A stretch of DNA of 63,907 nucleotides, the filler included, from Diploschistes diacapsis (Eukaryota), in the NCBI GenBank assembly GCA_023645945.1. It is 21 parts of 21 records of this genome, joined end to end, with 100 filler letters (N's around TTAATTAATTAA, not from the genome) between each part and the next. Parts side by side here need not be neighbours in the genome. Positions count along the whole stretch, not along the records: positions 43,010 to 62,616 come from JALAIB010000366.1; 20 more parts are not named here. One strand, 5' to 3'. The notes under the pieces are model-generated. The model had not been told where the DNA came from. It ran no database searches and worked only from the letters and a program-made list of their open reading frames with translations. Position numbers and translations under genes: made by a program. Below, in pieces: positions 48,060 to 61,208 of the stretch. The first letter of the stretch is position 1. Every line of letters begins with the position of its first letter.

Positions 48060-48564
48060 ATGCGCGCCTCATTCATAGTCTGCGCCCTCCTCTCCTCCGC
48101 CTTCACTCTCGCCCTCCCAACGCCGCCCAGCGAATCCGCCAAGCTGACTGCGATCCTCAAGCTCGTGCCGTCCGGGCACGTAGTCAGTAACGCAGCCGTC
48201 GTGTTCTCGACAGCGGAGACTGACGAGGGCTAGAAGTACGTGCTATCGGAGGACGGCCCTGGAGAGAGCGCTTCGTCAGGGTTAGCATTCCCACTTTCAC
48301 ATCCCCCTTTCCCCATGGCACCCCTCCATGGACAACTCAACCCTTGTTTTCAACGTTGGAAAACCAAGCTGACGGCCCGGGCATAGACTCGAACTGGTGT
48401 GAACAATCTCGCTGAACACCTACTACCAAAGACGCACCTGCTGACCGCCCCCCCCCCTGTAGCCCCAGCACACCCGCGATCCAATCTTCACCATGTCTGA
48501 GGTCCTGGGCCCCGACTTCTGGATACATCAGCGCGAGTGGATGATCTCGCTGTTCGCCCGATAG
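48060..48564 (+). CDS. Candidate small secreted protein with about three introns; 3' structure uncertain
   Basis: Signal peptide MRASFIVCALLSSAFTLA-LP in a good start context (ACAATG). Three spaced CTGAC branch sites are each followed by a TAG acceptor (~48233, ~48387, ~48461). Confidence 0.55.
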
Positions 48565-48941
48565 GGCAACTTCCACAGCGCTATCCGCATCCTCGACCTC
48601 ATGGCTATCCTACCGCACGTTGGGCACGCGCGCGCAAACAAGCAAGCAACCACAAGCGCAGGCACTGGCAGCAGGAGCAACAGCAGCAACAGAAATGCGT
48701 TGGATATCCCTCCTCTAAACCAACATCAGCAGCTCGAGTATCGCTCACTACCTAGCTAGCATCCAGCCCCGTGACGGCGACAGCAGCAGGCGCTCGGTCG
48801 GATGATTCAAGCTCTTGCTATCATCATCAGCAAGGATGAAAAACCAGCAAGCAAGCGTCGTGCTCCCCAGGCTGCCGCCACGGCACAGACAGACCGCTCC
48901 TTGAAAACAAGAAATGGTCTTCCCGCCCCTTTTCCTCATTT

Positions 48942-51900
48942 TCATCCCTCATTTCCATCTCCGTCTCCACCCTCATTCCCATCCCCCCCACTCTCCGACC
49001 CCGCCGGGCTCCTCGCCAACTCACCAACCTCGAACACCTCGCCGCGCGGCCGCACCCTCCTCGCCGTCAACGGCTCCTCACCCTCGGATCCATCTTCACC
49101 CTCATCAGCATCCACATCCGCATCCGGCAACTCCACCCCCAACCCCGCCATAACCCCCTTCAACACATCCCCACTCTCGTCCATCGCCCTCAGGAACCGC
49201 ACCACCTCCTCGCACAGCTCCTCCTCGCCCTCCTCCAGCGCCCTCTGCAGCAGCCTCACGCTCTGCTCCCCGTCCGGCCCACTCTGCTCCCCCTTCGACC
49301 CGCTCCTCTCGCCCTCGAAGCTGTATATCACGATAAGATACGACGCCGCGGTCTTGAGCATGCCGCGGGCCAGCGCCTCGTCGAAGAGTGCCGCGGGCGG
49401 CGGGAGGGTGCGGAAGAGGGTGGACCAGGAGGAGAGCTCGGACTTGCGGGCGCACTGGACGATGATGTCGAGGTTGTGCGCCGGGAAGGAGGAGAGGAGG
49501 GAGAGGGTCTCGGCGAGGAGGGACTCCGTGGGCGTTGGGGCTGCTTGTGACTGTGGAGGGGTGGATGGTTGTTGTTGTTGTTGTTGGCGGGACGAGGCTG
49601 AGAGGGGGGTGGGAATTGGAGATGAGGATGGGGATGGAAAGGATGTGGATGCAATGGAGTCGACGGCGTCGTCGAGGACGTTGTGCAGGAGGAGCTCGAG
49701 GGCATGCGGGAAGTAGGAGAGGTATTGGTAGGATTGAGCCAGGCGCAGGGCGGAGGCGCGGTCCGAGAGCGAGAGGTAGTGGCGCAGGAGCGGCGGGAGG
49801 AAGAGCTGGGTCTGTTGTTGTGGGAGATTAGCGTATGCCATGATCCATCCATCAATCTTTCTAAGAAATAGTGTGTGTGTGTGCGTGCGACGTACCCTTA
49901 TCCCATACCGCCACCACGCGAACCCCACGTCCCTCCTCTGCACAATCTCCGACTCCATCCCCAGAACAACCCCACTATCCATTACCACACTCGCCGGGTA
50001 GAAATCCACCGGGATGCTCACCGGCTCCGGCAACTCCCTATTCCCCTCTCCAGCCGCGGCCCTTAACACCTCCAACACGTCCGGCCAGCACCGCACCTTT
50101 TGGCCGTCGAAGTACCACAGCGAGTCCTCCAGCCCTGACGCTCTGGCGCCACCACTGCCTTGAGATGAGTGGCCATGGATGTGAGGAGGGGAAGAAGGAG
50201 GAAGAGGATGGGGCTGGTCGCGCGAAAAGCTAAAGTACTCGACGTCGTTGGCGATGATGCGCATGTCGTACTTGAGCGTGCCGTTGGCGTCGGCGGTCGG
50301 CTGCATGAGGACGAGTTTGGCGTCGACGAGGAAGATGACGGACGCGTGGGCGACGTCTTGGGAGGGGTCGCCGTCGACTGTGTTTCCCCGTTATTAGATT
50401 AGAACTTTTTCGGTCAAGAAAAGGGATAATGAAAAGGATCAGGAGAAGGAATAAACGAATGAGAATGGAATTAAGAAATAGGCGGACAAACTCAGCTGCT
50501 CGTCCGGCACCCACCATGTCACGGCTCTGACTCTGGCCGGGGCGCGGACTATACCGTGGAGCCCTATTTGGCCGACGCGGACGAGTCCGATGCTTGTGGT
50601 TGAGGACGATGAAGAGGTCATGTTGATGATGTAGTGGTACAAACTGTTCTCGTAGGTATATACTAGTAACGAATCGCCAGAGCCGCTGAGGGAGATGAAA
50701 ACTGCGGGCGAAGGAAGGGGCTCTGAGCGCAATAGGGAGGATGGAGTTAAGGGGGACTCGCGGGAGTAGAGGCGGAGCTGAAGTATATTAGTTAATTCCT
50801 TCGGCTGCAACGCGGATTTTTGCGGATGAAGGGAATGGGGGAGACAATTACTTCATCATGTTCGCCGGTATCGACGGCCGCAATGAGAATGTGTTGGTAC
50901 CAACACATGCCGCCGCGAATCATGAAGCTGCTTTCGGCCTCGAGGTCGTCAAAGGTCTTCCAGCGGCCACTTTGCACGCTATAGTGTGCTAGACCACGCC
51001 GGCCAGCGATCGCAATGTATCGACCGTCAGGGGAGATGACGGCGCATCGCAAGGGGCGCTGATTGATGAGGAAGAGCGGAGGTATCGGGACGTGTGTCCA
51101 CAGTAAATCGTCAGAGGCGACGGAGAGGATGTCGCGGACGTCATGGCCATTATAAATCATTAGCTCCGAAGAGGTGTGGAGGAGGGTGCGTGAGACGTTT
51201 GCAGGGGCGAAACAGCCAGTGACTGCGCTCTTGGCGAATTCCAGGGACCATATACTATCGTCTTTAGAGGTGATGAAGATTAGCTCGGAGCCCGCGGCAA
51301 GCCAGCTGCCGTCGTGGGTTCTTAGCAGCCACTGCTCATCATTCTCCTCAGAGATAGCCCGATCAGCGGTAAAGCTATGGCCGCCCAGCTTGCCATAAAC
51401 GCTCCACAGCACCCATCCCTTCTCATATCCCACAAACAGGCAGTAGCCATCGGGAGAATAACTCAAGAACGTAATCGAGCCTGTGGTCGAAAATGACGCT
51501 GGCGGCTGCAACTTATGCGACAACGGCAAGCTTCCCGCATAATCCCTCGCCGAGTATACCAGAATCTCCCCATTTCCACAGCCTATAGCTAGCAACGAGA
51601 ACCTCGCATTAATCGCCGCCTTGACTGCTGGGCTTCTTTTTTCGCTCGCCGCATGGAACTCATAGCCCCTGAATATTTTCCCCTGCCCCTCCACTCTCTG
51701 GCTCTCTTTCACAATCTTTTGCACCGCATACGCTCTCCCGTCTGTCGATATCCACACGAACAGGCTCATAGCTCTGTCATGCATCATGTCCAGTACGGCG
51801 CTCTTTTCGCCCATCCACGGTAACCTGTTCAACAGCTCTGTGGTGGTTTGATTGCTCGAGCTGTCGGGCGTCCAGCGTATGCATTGCACGGCGGCTGGCT

Positions 51901-52506
51901 TTTCTGTGGCGACGACAAGCTCGTCGTCCAGTGCAATGGCCGCGCTGATGCCGGCGTCCACTTTGATGACCATGCGAAAGCGTATGTGGATCTCCCGTTG
52001 GCCGTAGCGCGCCTCTTCAGCCGGTATTTGCGCTGCGGAGTTTGAGCTTTGTCTCTGGCCTTTTTCATCTTTGCGTATCAGCTGGTAGACGCGTGAGTGT
52101 TGGTCAAAAGTGATGTTGTATGTGACGAGGAAGCCCAGGGAGGTTTGTACTGCCGCGATGGAGCAGTCGGGGCGCAGGAGGACGATGACATTGTGCCCGT
52201 AGTTCTTCAGGGAAGCTCTTGAGCGTTCGGCGCTGGTAATGAGAACCACTGGCTAGTCATCAGTCAGAACCGGCGAGTATGGTAACGAACATAGCCTACG
52301 GATGTCTGCCAAATATCCAGTGTGGTGGCGGTAATAGTAGCGAAGACTTGACCATTGCGGGAGGTCCGTAAGCCTATAAGGGTTTTATCCCTAAGGGGCT
52401 CCTCATCGGCATCGTCCTGTGGCGATGCCTGGTTATCGTCATCTCTGGACCTTTTGGGTCTCGGAGGTCCTGCAAATATTCGTGGCGCGCCCAATGGCCA
52501 GTACAT
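48942..52506 (-). CDS. RIC1: RIC1 (Ric1-Rgp1 Ypt6/Rab6 GEF subunit), multi-exon
   Basis: MYWPLGAPRIF, FRMVIKVDAGI, GWVLWSVYGKLG, AIAGRRGLAHYSVQSGRWK, VDFYPASV, YFPHALELLLHNVLDD, IVQCARKSE..SW..LF, LKTAASYLIV. Confidence 0.95.
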
Positions 52507-52748
52507 GGTTTGCAGAACCAAGACCAATAGTTTCTATGATCCGGGAAAACTTAAGGTCGAAATCCGGGCTGCATTTGCTGCGGAGTCGAATCCAGATAGA
52601 TGATTTAGCATTATCATGAAGGGTAATGAAAAAGGTCGGGCGTCATTCACACAACCAGTATTGCTTTGCTCTCACAGTCCTATGGATGTTGTCTGTGAGC
52701 TTTGCATGAGCTACCTTCCGAAAAATTTAAGCTACAACTACACGGGTA

Positions 52749-53394
52749 TCATTCAACGACCAATCTCCAAAGCCCGTCCCCCAAATAATGCCCGCCATCC
52801 ATAGCCACTCCCTTCTTCTTGTCCTTGATCTCCTCCGTGCTCATCGCTAGCTGTCCTATCAAACAAATCTCCTCCTTCCCCTCCGCACGCACCGCAACCA
52901 CCTCTCCTTCTTTAATCTCCTCTTCTTTAGGCGGCAACTTACCTCCAGCAGATGTCAGCCCAGGAGCCATGAGCGTCGCGCCAGATAGAACAAAGCGGAT
53001 TGCACCTCGATCGATGCCCACGTGGGCGAAGCATTGCGGATAAGCGTGCACCAGCTTCAGATGTGGGATGATGGCGTCGTCCATGTGCTGCCAGAAAAGG
53101 GGCTTGCCATCACCAATGTAGAGTGATACCCTATCTGGACTAGCGAAAACGTCAGGCTCACGGGTTCGTCAGTAGGCAGACTCCGAACCGTACACTTTCA
53201 TCAAGTCAAGTTGAGACTTTTTTGGTATTATCTCATCGATATATGGAGCCAACAAGGGGTAGGTCTCGAGGACCTTGTTGCGGATTGTCCTTTGCACAGA
53301 CGATTTGACCTTAGATTTGGCACCCGGTGAAAGGCTATGCTATGGTCAGCCCATTTTCGGCCAAACTTCATGATGCGCACTCTTTTTTGAACAT
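52749..53394 (-). CDS. TMA20: Translation machinery-associated protein 20 (MCT-1; PUA domain), 3 exons
   Basis: MFKKD..KSKVKSSVQRTIR, IDRGAIRFVLSGATLMAPGLTSAGG, HYLGDGLW. Confidence 0.95.
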
Positions 53395-53646
53395 TTTGCT
53401 TGTTATATGAAAGCGCAAGCCAAAATACCAAAACCTCTGCGCGCGTGCTTGCTCCTTGCTGCCCCACTTGCGGATGGTGGGGTAAACGGATTGAAAGATG
53501 CTGTAAGCTGCTTAAATAATGGTTATCACTTTGGAATCAAACCACCCTCTTCTGAAAGGGAGGAAAGATTGATAAGATTGAAAGTGTATTTGCAAGCAGA
53601 AGCTACAATGGATATCATTGAGTAGACATTGCACGTGACCGAGCAC

Positions 53647-54823
53647 TTATGACCCTCCTTGACCCCTTCCACCGCCGCCCCCACCGCCCATGAAATTCTT
53701 CGCCCTTGGTAATTGTCAGATCAAGATTTCAAAGACATAGATAGAAACTTACATCTCTGAAATGCTAGGATCCTGCATCAAAGAAGAGATATCCGGCATG
53801 CTTCCTCCGCTTCCGCCTCCACCTCCACCGCCACCAAAGTTTGACGCCATTTCCCTTAGTCGCGGGTTGCTCATAAGGTTGTTCATCATGTCGGGATTGC
53901 TCATCAGTTTCTGAGCCATGCTAGCGAACATTGGGTTGTTCATTATTGAGCTCAGGTCCGGACCTCCGCCGCCTCGGCCCCCACCAAGCATACCGGCAAG
54001 CGAGGACAAGTCCGGCATGCCACCCGGTCCGCCAGCACCTTCTCTTGAGCCCTCAGGTTCTGTCTGATCGGCGCCGCTTTCTGCCTCTTCTTCGACCTTT
54101 TTCTTTGCTGTCTCGTAGCCCTTCTTCATTGCTTCGCTTCCGCCATTGCCCTCGTATTCGATGCCCTTCTCGTATGCCTCCATGCTGCCCTTTGCATCTC
54201 CCAAGGCGAAACGTGCTAAGCCCAATCTGCTCCATGCCTTAGTGTATTTCGGATCAACCGCGACGGCGAGCTCTGCGTCTGTGGAAGCTTGTACATGGTC
54301 GTGCGATGCGGAGTAGGCTGCCGCTCGATTTGACAAGTATATCGGATTGGTGGGTGAGAGGTTGATTGCTTTGCTGTAGAAATCAATGGCTGCCTTGTAG
54401 TCTTTTTGCTGCATCGCCTTGTTGCCTTGGGCTTTGAAAGCCTCCGCTTCCGCATTTGGCGCTTCTGCCTTGGGCATACTGGGTGTACTCGGTCTCCCTT
54501 CCGTAGCACTACTAGTTCCCTCCGTCGAGGCAGTGGATTTGCCCTTGAGCTTTTCGTAGACGCCGTATATACCGAGAAGAGACTGGTTGCCTATTGCATC
54601 TTGCATAGCTTTCTTGTCGGATGGATTCACATGGAAAGTATCTGCGATACATGACTGTGCCACTTCGACAGATTCTGCATCTTCGGAGCTAATGGTTCCA
54701 TCTTTAAGGGACGACGAGAGGAAGTCGATGATTGCCAAAGCCAAGCGCTTCTTGGACTCCTGCGGGGATGCCTGAATGGTTTTAGCTAGTCATAAGTCAA
54801 TACAAGAATACTTGATATACCAT
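53647..54823 (-). CDS. SGT2: Small glutamine-rich TPR co-chaperone, 3 exons (first exon is ATG only)
   Basis: KKRLALAIIDFL..DAESVEVAQSCI dimerisation domain; TPRs AEAFKAQGN..YLSNRAAAYS..KAWSRLGLA; Met/Asn/Pro-rich STI1 tail. Confidence 0.96.
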
Positions 54824-55355
54824 ATCTGTCTGGATCTCTGATCACTGTTTATATGAGTGTTTGTATCTACGCGACCGATTATTGCTATCAAAATAAAAAA
54901 TCAAAGAGATTGGTCAACATGAATATGGGGTCCTTCTGGATGGATGACGGAATCTCGAAGCTTCCAGTCCCTCAACCCCCCCTTGCAAGCCCTAAAAGTG
55001 AAGGTCTCTGATTAGTACAAAGTACTTCAGCCAATGTCATATCATTAGTGTATCATTGCTACGCTAGTACCTCGACCCTGCTGATAGCTAAGTATAATTG
55101 CGGCGCTGCCTCATGATCAGCGTTCCTGGTGCTGTGTCTACATAGGGGCTGAGAATGTAGCTTCTGGGGGAGTCCACAGATAATTCTGAGGAATGCTTCA
55201 CTGCACCTTTAGCAGCCTTCTGAAGCTAAGGTGTTGAGCCTATAATATGTAAAATAGATCTTCATCTTTCTGAGTGAGTCAAGGAGATGCTAATGGCCAA
55301 TGCAAGCTTTGAGCCCTCCCTTTACATACAGCACCTATTGGTGCGCAATCGTATA

Positions 55356-57699
55356 CTAACAGTTTCGATGCTCCGGTGGTCTATAAGGAACACCTAAATT
55401 GGAAAATATCTTCTTCTCGTCTTGCCCTTCCACCAAATTTCCCTCGGTCATTTTCTCTCCATGTCGGCCTCGGAGAACGTCCTTGAACAAACCACGCTGA
55501 TTCAGCCGCATGCCCTTCTTCCTTGCCAAAAGTCGCATGCTGCGATTGAAAATGTCATTCCCAGTCCAGTAGATCAAGGCAGCACCAAGCTCTGAGTGCG
55601 GAACGACGAGAATATCGACACGTCGCCAAGGTAGTTTTGTGCCTGGAAGACATGCAGCGCCAAGCCATCGATTCCCTGCGCCTTCTTTACTTCGAGTCAA
55701 GTGGCATTTCAGGTAGTCCCGGTTGAACAGACGAGCAATCAGTTCTTCGAAGACTAGGTTTGAGAGTGCATCTGCAGGCAGAGTGGGGGAGGTCACCAAA
55801 AAGTCAATGTCCCCAGAATCAGATGCCCCGCGCCTATATGAGCCACCAACCAAAGCTTTCAGATGAGGTGAAACTTCCGAAACCACACCGTCCATGAAGT
55901 TTCCGTGACGTTTGACTTCATCTCGAGGAATTCGCTGTACAAAGTCATCGTAGTGATCGAGTCCAATCTGTTGATTGAGGGTAAGCTTGGCATGTTGTCT
56001 TAGATCTTCAAGGCTTCGCCAGCCACTTGCTATCCACTTGCTTGCTTGCTTCAAGCCAACTCCATAAATGTCCATGAAACTTTGACGGACTGTCTCGAGT
56101 GGATCCGATGCCGTCTCGTCGAGCCGCCGAAGTCTCTTAGTCTGGACAATTTCTTCAATCTTTTCAGCTAGGCGTTCACCAATGGATGACAATGCTCGTG
56201 CTTCTTCTTTGGTAGCAATCAGCTGAGGTTGTTGACGAAGTACATTGATCGCTTTCCGATATGCATTGGTACGCCACTGATCTTGTGACCTGTCGTAGTA
56301 AGAAGCCATCTTCTGCAATATGTCGATCGTGGAAGCATTGGGATTGCCCTCGTTGCTCTTGCCGTCGCTCTTCTTCATGCAAATGAAGTTAGCCTGCCGT
56401 AGCCTCCGATCTTTGGAAGCCGTTTGCTCTTGAGGGCCATTCTCTGCCTCACTGTCACTTGATCTTTCCCCAGGAAACTTCTCTTCAGGTGATTCATCTG
56501 TTTCATCCGTCTCGCCATCGAGTGGCTTGAATCTGGTTAATGAGGGACACGTTATGGTTGCCATGGAGACTTACCAGATCAGCGACTTCTTGAACCTCCT
56601 TAAGAGCCTCGTCTAATGCGTCAGGCAAAAAGCCCCGTCGTTCCAAAGTGCGTTTAGCTGCCGAACGAACGTCGAATACCACTTTGGGTATAAGGTTGAA
56701 TTGGAACTTCGAGGCGGTTGCAGAACCTACATTGCTGGGAACAGGAGGGGAGATTTGCATGTCCCCTGTACTCCGCCTTGTCTTCAAGCGCTTCACCCCG
56801 GATGACTGGGCCGAATAGGCTGCATTTGGACTCATAGATGGCTGCTCTGATGCCGTTGGGAGCTTTGCTGATACCATGTGCTCATGGCATGGGGGATCGT
56901 AGTTGAAGCCGTCAACGCGATGACGCGTCCGTACCGGCTCGACCCATCCATCTCGGATGCAGTCCGCCGGATACAAATCAGTTGCTAAGATAATTCCATC
57001 CTATACTATTCAGTCTGCGTAACAGTCTTAAGCTCCAGATAGTGAACCAACCGGTAAGGCTTCGATCTGAAGGCCCTTGAGCACATGTTGGTATGTTATA
57101 CCCTCGTCAGCAATGATATGAGTAATATCGGAACCTTCTCCCCATTCCTTTACTTGCACAGCGCCACGTTCAATGGCTAATCGCACCCGAATATTCCGCG
57201 GATTTCTTGGATCCTTCACTTCATTCTTAGGGAAGTAAACTAAAAAAAGTCAGCTAAGAGTTCTGCGGAATGATCAAAGAGATATCCTACAGAATCTAAG
57301 ACCTTGGAAGATTCTTTGGCTTTCTGGAAGGACACGGGGTTCTTTCGCTGCTTTCCCTCCTTTCCGTTTACTAGAGAACGAAGCACTTTTTGATTCTGGT
57401 GCTTTGGGCGTCTGTTTGCGATCCTGAAGCAACGCGCTGTCTGAAATGTTATGGCGTTGTAATGCAGGTATTCTCACTGTAGTACCGTCCGGCTTCTTCG
57501 TTCTCTTCCGGAACGCCGTGGGTTCCTCTTGGCTGGCTTTGTTCTTCAAGTCGAGGTTGGGTTGACGAGAGAGTGAGGGTTTGACAGATTCACCAGGTCT
57601 GACCTTGTCTATTGGACTACGGCCTTCGTCGATTTCGGTTTCACCGCCGCTGGTATCGTATAGCCTCTCGAAGAAGTCTCTCTTGCTTTTTGAAGCCAT
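55356..57699 (-). CDS. POL4: Family X DNA polymerase (Pol4 / pol lambda) with N-terminal BRCT, multi-exon
   Basis: WRTNAYRKAI, IYGVGLKQA, RIPRDEV, GGSYRRGASDSGDIDFLVT, RRVDILVVP, YWTGNDIFNRSMR, PPEHRNC; BRCT-like ITHIIAD upstream. Confidence 0.95.
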
Positions 57700-58159
57700 G
57701 ACACTTGCTCAAAGTAAAGTGCTTTATAGCGCCTCATTGTAAGCTAGAGACTGATGCTAATGTATATAAATATATATAAACGGCTTGTACGATGAAAGAA
57801 TGTTCAGTGGTCTGGCTGAAGCACAAGTCGTTCAAGAAATGTACTAATTCGTCGACTCTCATCTACACGTGTACGATAGTGCTTCTTTACACGTAAACGC
57901 TCCGCAACGCCAAATCACGTTGCATGCATGCGGCAAGCTATTTCCGCTTTGTGTCCCCGGGCCGGCTCCCTCCGAATCAGTATCCCAACTCACCATCAAT
58001 CATTCCCAGATCTTTTTACCTCGTTTAATGGCATGATCGGTTCGGTAAGGGGGAGATTTTAACAGAGTTAAGGAAAACTGCTCGATGTATGCAAACTCAC
58101 CGCCGATTACAAGCTTTGCCTAAAACTTTCTACACTATTTAAATTATGATACAGCTACC

Positions 58160-59227
58160 ATGATCTTTCAAATACGTCCTGCCTCGCGCTTTCGAGCGAT
58201 CTTCTATAGCATACAATGTGAGAACATTGTCACAGGTCGTACCTTCCCGCAGAGGCGCTTGGCTTCTTCCGCACCCTCCAAGAGCGTTTCATCCACCGCT
58301 ACCACGAATGCCTTTTCTAGCGCCCAGAAACCCACCCTGACCACAACCGCTCAATCACCTACCCCGAGAGCCTCAGACGACGAGCCAATTATTCAGCCTC
58401 TTGACCGCCCCCTCGGTGTCCCTTCCCCTCCGCGACCCGGTCAGAACAGCGGCATTGACCCTCGCACCTGGCAGGAGCGCCGGGACGACTTCTTGGACTA
58501 CGACAAACATCTCGAACGCCGCCGTGAGCTAACACGCAAGGTGTCGAAACCATATTTCCGAGACTGGAGTAATCTTCGGCACCACAAAGGGAAACTATTC
58601 CTCGCTCCGCAACGCCTGTTGAAGGCGGACAAAGCATTATACTTTCCCAATCTTCGCGGCATTACCTTGGCAGATCTCAAGGACGAGCAGGACACGACCG
58701 AAGTATTGAGGGGGAGGATTAATATCATAAGGGTTTTCACGGGCACATGGGCGGAGAGGCAGGCGGATACGTGGACGGAGCATGGGGACGAGAGGGTAGC
58801 TTTGGGAAACATCCTCGATGCAGGTGAAGGCATAGTACAGGGTGTCAACATCAACATAGAAGAGAACAACTTAAGGGCGAGGCTGGTGCGGTTCTTCATG
58901 AGGTGGCAGCGACGGCTGGCGCCCCAAAAGGTGCACGGAAGGTATTTCCTCGTGACGAGGGGAGTTACAGATGAGATTCGGCATGCGCTGGGCATGTTTA
59001 ATACCCAGGTGGGATACATGTTTCTGGTGGATGGGAACTGTAGGGTGAGGTGGGCGGGAAATGCGGTTGCGGGCGATGAAGAGAGAGCAAGCTTTTTGAG
59101 GGGGTTGGTGAAGTTGATTCAGGAAATGAAAAAGTTGCAAGATCTCGGCGAAGGATCGAAAGATTCTGCAGCGCGCCAGCGGCTGAGTTTCTTGGCATCG
59201 CGGCTGCCGGTTATTCTGAATGCTTGA
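58160..59227 (+). CDS. ATP10: Mitochondrial ATPase complex assembly factor
   Basis: Presequence-like N-terminus; PLDRPLG..PPRPGQNSGID, KPYFRDWSNLRHHKGK, ALYFPNLRG, VGYMFLVDGNCRVRWAGNA. Confidence 0.95.
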   Translation: MIFQIRPASRFRAIFYSIQCENIVTGRTFPQRRLASSAPSKSVSSTATTNAFSSAQKPTLTTTAQSPTPRASDDEPIIQPLDRPLGVPSPPRPGQNSGIDPRTWQERRDDFLDYDKHLERRRELTRKVSKPYFRDWSNLRHHKGKLFLAPQRLLKADKALYFPNLRGITLADLKDEQDTTEVLRGRINIIRVFTGTWAERQADTWTEHGDERVALGNILDAGEGIVQGVNINIEENNLRARLVRFFMRWQRRLAPQKVHGRYFLVTRGVTDEIRHALGMFNTQVGYMFLVDGNCRVRWAGNAVAGDEERASFLRGLVKLIQEMKKLQDLGEGSKDSAARQRLSFLASRLPVILNA

Positions 59228-59355
59228 ACAGAATGTACAACAGAGACATAACATGATACCCCATCCCCTTTCAAACCCTTTGCCTTTCAAATCCGTGCCA
59301 TGAACGCCATGCACGCAAGCATTCCCAAAGTAAAGCTGGATTCAGCGGTCCAAAA

Positions 59356-60134
59356 TCATGAAAATAAAAACACAACTAGGAAGCAGAAAGCTACAAAGCT
59401 CCCCAGGATTATACCGTCCCGCTGTTTCTTTGCACCTATTCTCGTCATCAGACTGTTAATGCCCGGCATTGTGCTTGCAGCGCCAACGATTCGTCTGTTT
59501 ATACTCGTAAGCGTCTCTCTCTGCAGATGGAAGTTCTCATTGATCGCATATGCCTGGCTAAGAACGCTGTCCGTTACGTTGTGGCTGTTCTCAATGCGCT
59601 GCCGCTCATCGAGCATGTAATCGGCCTCGGCTGCTTCGGGGTTTGAAGCGCGGTAGGCATTGATGTCTGAGCGTACATTCGACAAGAGATTGGCTCTGTT
59701 TCGAGCATCGGTGATGCTGTTCCGTATCCGGGATAGTTCCCTCTTATGGTCAGCGAGGATCTCGCGGTGGCGCGACAGGTTATTTTGCTTGAGGGCGGAG
59801 GAAGTGAGGGTGGCTTCGGAGTCAAGAAGACGAGAGAGCTGTCCTATAAGGGTTTCGCGCTGCGTAATCAGCTCGCTGCTGTGCATGGATGGTTGTAGCC
59901 AGACCGTACTCACTCTCTCGAGGAGGTCCTGGATCTGAATTTCTGTTTTCCTCTCCTCTTCAGTTGGCTTTGGAGACACTCTGGAAGACACGGAGTACTG
60001 GGAATATGTGTGGAATAGTGATTCGGTCTATATAAATTAATCATTCCGTCATTCGTAGCACATGCGCTATGAGGTACCTGGGATTCCAAAGACCGTGCCT
60101 GCTGGCGGAGTTGCGCCCAGCCAGTACCGGACAT
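59356..60134 (-). CDS. GOS1: Golgi SNARE, 3 exons
   Basis: GWAQLRQQARSLE, LSRHREIL, RANLLSNVRSDI, YMLDERQRIENSH, PGINSLMTRI, C-terminal transmembrane helix. Confidence 0.96.
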
Positions 60135-60460
60135 CACTTAGGGCCTAGTAGAGAGGAGCAAGGAGCGGCTGTGTTGTCATGGACCGCAAACTCAGTGGAT
60201 ATCATTATTTAGATACGATGTGAAGTTCTGAGTTGGATTCTGAGAAGGGGTCGTTCCTTGCGCACATGGATCGGACAGCATACTTGTTATCGCGGCGAAG
60301 TTGCCCGCCAAGACATGAAAGTTGTAAGGCTCCGAAATGAACTTAGTGCGGCTCAAAATAACCGCACAAAGCCCTAGCGGCACAACCTTAGAAGTCGAAT
60401 TATCTTACTTGCGACAACGACATTGTCGACTCTTGCATTTTACACAGAAGAACCGTCACA

Positions 60461-61208
60461 ATGGTATGTTAAGCACAGGCTGCATTGAATCTAAGTCACT
60501 GACGCATGCAGTCGTCGGCAAAGGTCAAGGCTGGCCAACTGTAGGAAAACCCCAAAAACGAAGCCCGCGATCGAGACGCAAGTTGGGTAACGGATTATAG
60601 GTGGGGAAAGTCCAAGGAGGACCTCAGAAAGCAACTCGAGGAGCTCAAATCAGAACTTGGTATTTCATTAACTGAATGCAATGATCGCCATGCTACGGAC
60701 TCCTAACGATCACAGGGACGCTCAGGACACAGAAGGTTTCCGGGGGTATGCTTTATATCATAATAAAGATTAACCAAAGACTACTAAAAACCGAATAGGC
60801 GCCTCGTCGAAATTGACAAGAATGTGAGCCCTGATGTCGCTGAAGCTATGCTGTCATTCGCATAACGGAAGTTGCTTCGGAATACAAGATTGACGCTCTG
60901 CATTCAACAGTCACGATGTCCGCAAGTCGATTGCGCGCGTACTCACAGTCATCAACGCCAACCAGCGTCACCAACTCCGCCTCTACTACAAGAAGAAGAA
61001 ATATCTCCCGCTCGATCTCCGCGTCAAGGCTACCCGTGCTATTAGAAGACGATTGACAAAGGCGGAGGCAAGCAGAATAACGGAGAAGCAGAAGAAGAAG
61101 CAGATGCACTTCCCCCAAAGGAAATTTGCGGTCAAGGTATGATGGATAATGCCAGATTGATTTGATTTGGTTCGGCGGAAAGTTCCATACTAATAGTGCT
61201 AGGCGTGA
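60461..61208 (+). CDS. RPL35: 60S ribosomal protein L35 (uL29), 7 exons; absent from the ORF track
   Basis: Spliced [100 protein letters not shown]; six GT-AG introns. Confidence 0.96.
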
